Under the pieces are notes generated by a model. That model made no database searches. It was not told the DNA's origin and saw only the letters and a list, made by a program, of their open reading frames with translations. A DNA stretch of 35,982 nt from a virus. Taxonomy: Duplodnaviria > Caudoviricetes. The DNA lies in IMG/VR virus record IMGVR_UViG_3300012940_001461, positions 1-35,982 of that record; one strand, 5' to 3'. This document shows, piece by piece, positions 35,550-35,982 of the stretch (position 1 is its first letter; the number at the start of each line of letters is the position of its first letter). The translations under genes were made by a program, and so were the position numbers.

Positions 35550-35982
35550 GATCGTCCGCGGACACTTTCTCTTTCTGCGTCGCCTTCGGTTTTCCTTGTG
35601 CAGGCTTGTCCTGCGCATCGATAGCGGCGAGCGATTGCATCGTCTTCGCCAGCACCGCGAGGGTTCGCGCATTGCGCTCGCTCTCGCCTGGTTGCTGCTG
35701 CGTATCGGCGAGCCGCCTTTCGATCGCGACCACCTGTCGTTCCGCTGCGCGCATCATCCGCCCGGCAAGTCCGGCACGTTTCTTCGCCGGGCTGCTCAGC
35801 TTTCTCGGCACACGCCTGGTAATTGGCGGCAACAGTCTCTGGCCGTTGATCTTCGGGCCGCCATCAAGCCAGTAATACAGCCCCGATTCACCGAACCCGG
35901 TCTGCGCTTTGATGGCGCGGATCGTTGCACCGTCTTTGTACATCTGCCGCGCACACAGCGCGTTTTCGGAGATGTCGGTCAT
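35458..35982 (-). CDS. GTA-cluster first gene, putative small terminase (N-terminal HTH)
   Basis: ERNARTLAVLAKT and PEDIDELRRELTERL; overlaps terminase start as in RcGTA-like clusters. Confidence 0.65.
   Translation of the reverse strand: MTDISENALCARQMYKDGATIRAIKAQTGFGESGLYYWLDGGPKINGQRLLPPITRRVPRKLSSPAKKRAGLAGRMMRAAERQVVAIERRLADTQQQPGESERNARTLAVLAKTMQSLAAIDAQDKPAQGKPKATQKEKVSADDHDYDQIPEDIDELRRELTERLAAMARGHSE

Noticed and set aside
1-35982. tRNA/rRNA genes, IS elements, reverse transcriptase/DGR, CRISPR arrays
   Set aside because: None recognised by eye; tRNAscan/Infernal not run

Overview
Most of the window (1 to about 34300) is a temperate P22-like podoviral prophage of an alphaproteobacterium (Hyphomicrobiales-like), with a lambdoid genome layout. 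On the minus strand it carries lysis, tail/ejection, capsid, portal, terminase, a NusG-type regulator, primase/helicase/initiator, GcrA, RusA, a CII-like gene and cro. On the plus strand it carries cI, a moron island with a DinJ-YafQ toxin-antitoxin pair, an early operon (ERF, exonuclease), xis, int and an HNH gene. The most notable feature is the right junction: the prophage appears to have inserted inside the large-terminase gene of a host RcGTA-like gene-transfer-agent cluster. Terminase homology stops at LEDEMCDF, exactly at a 12-8-12 inverted-repeat site resembling a tyrosine-recombinase core, so the last catalytic nuclease motif is replaced by 45 unrelated residues. The HNH protein next to the junction ends in a copy of the integrase's own N-terminal domain. 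The left prophage end lies outside the window. All product calls come from motif recognition and gene order; no database searches were run.
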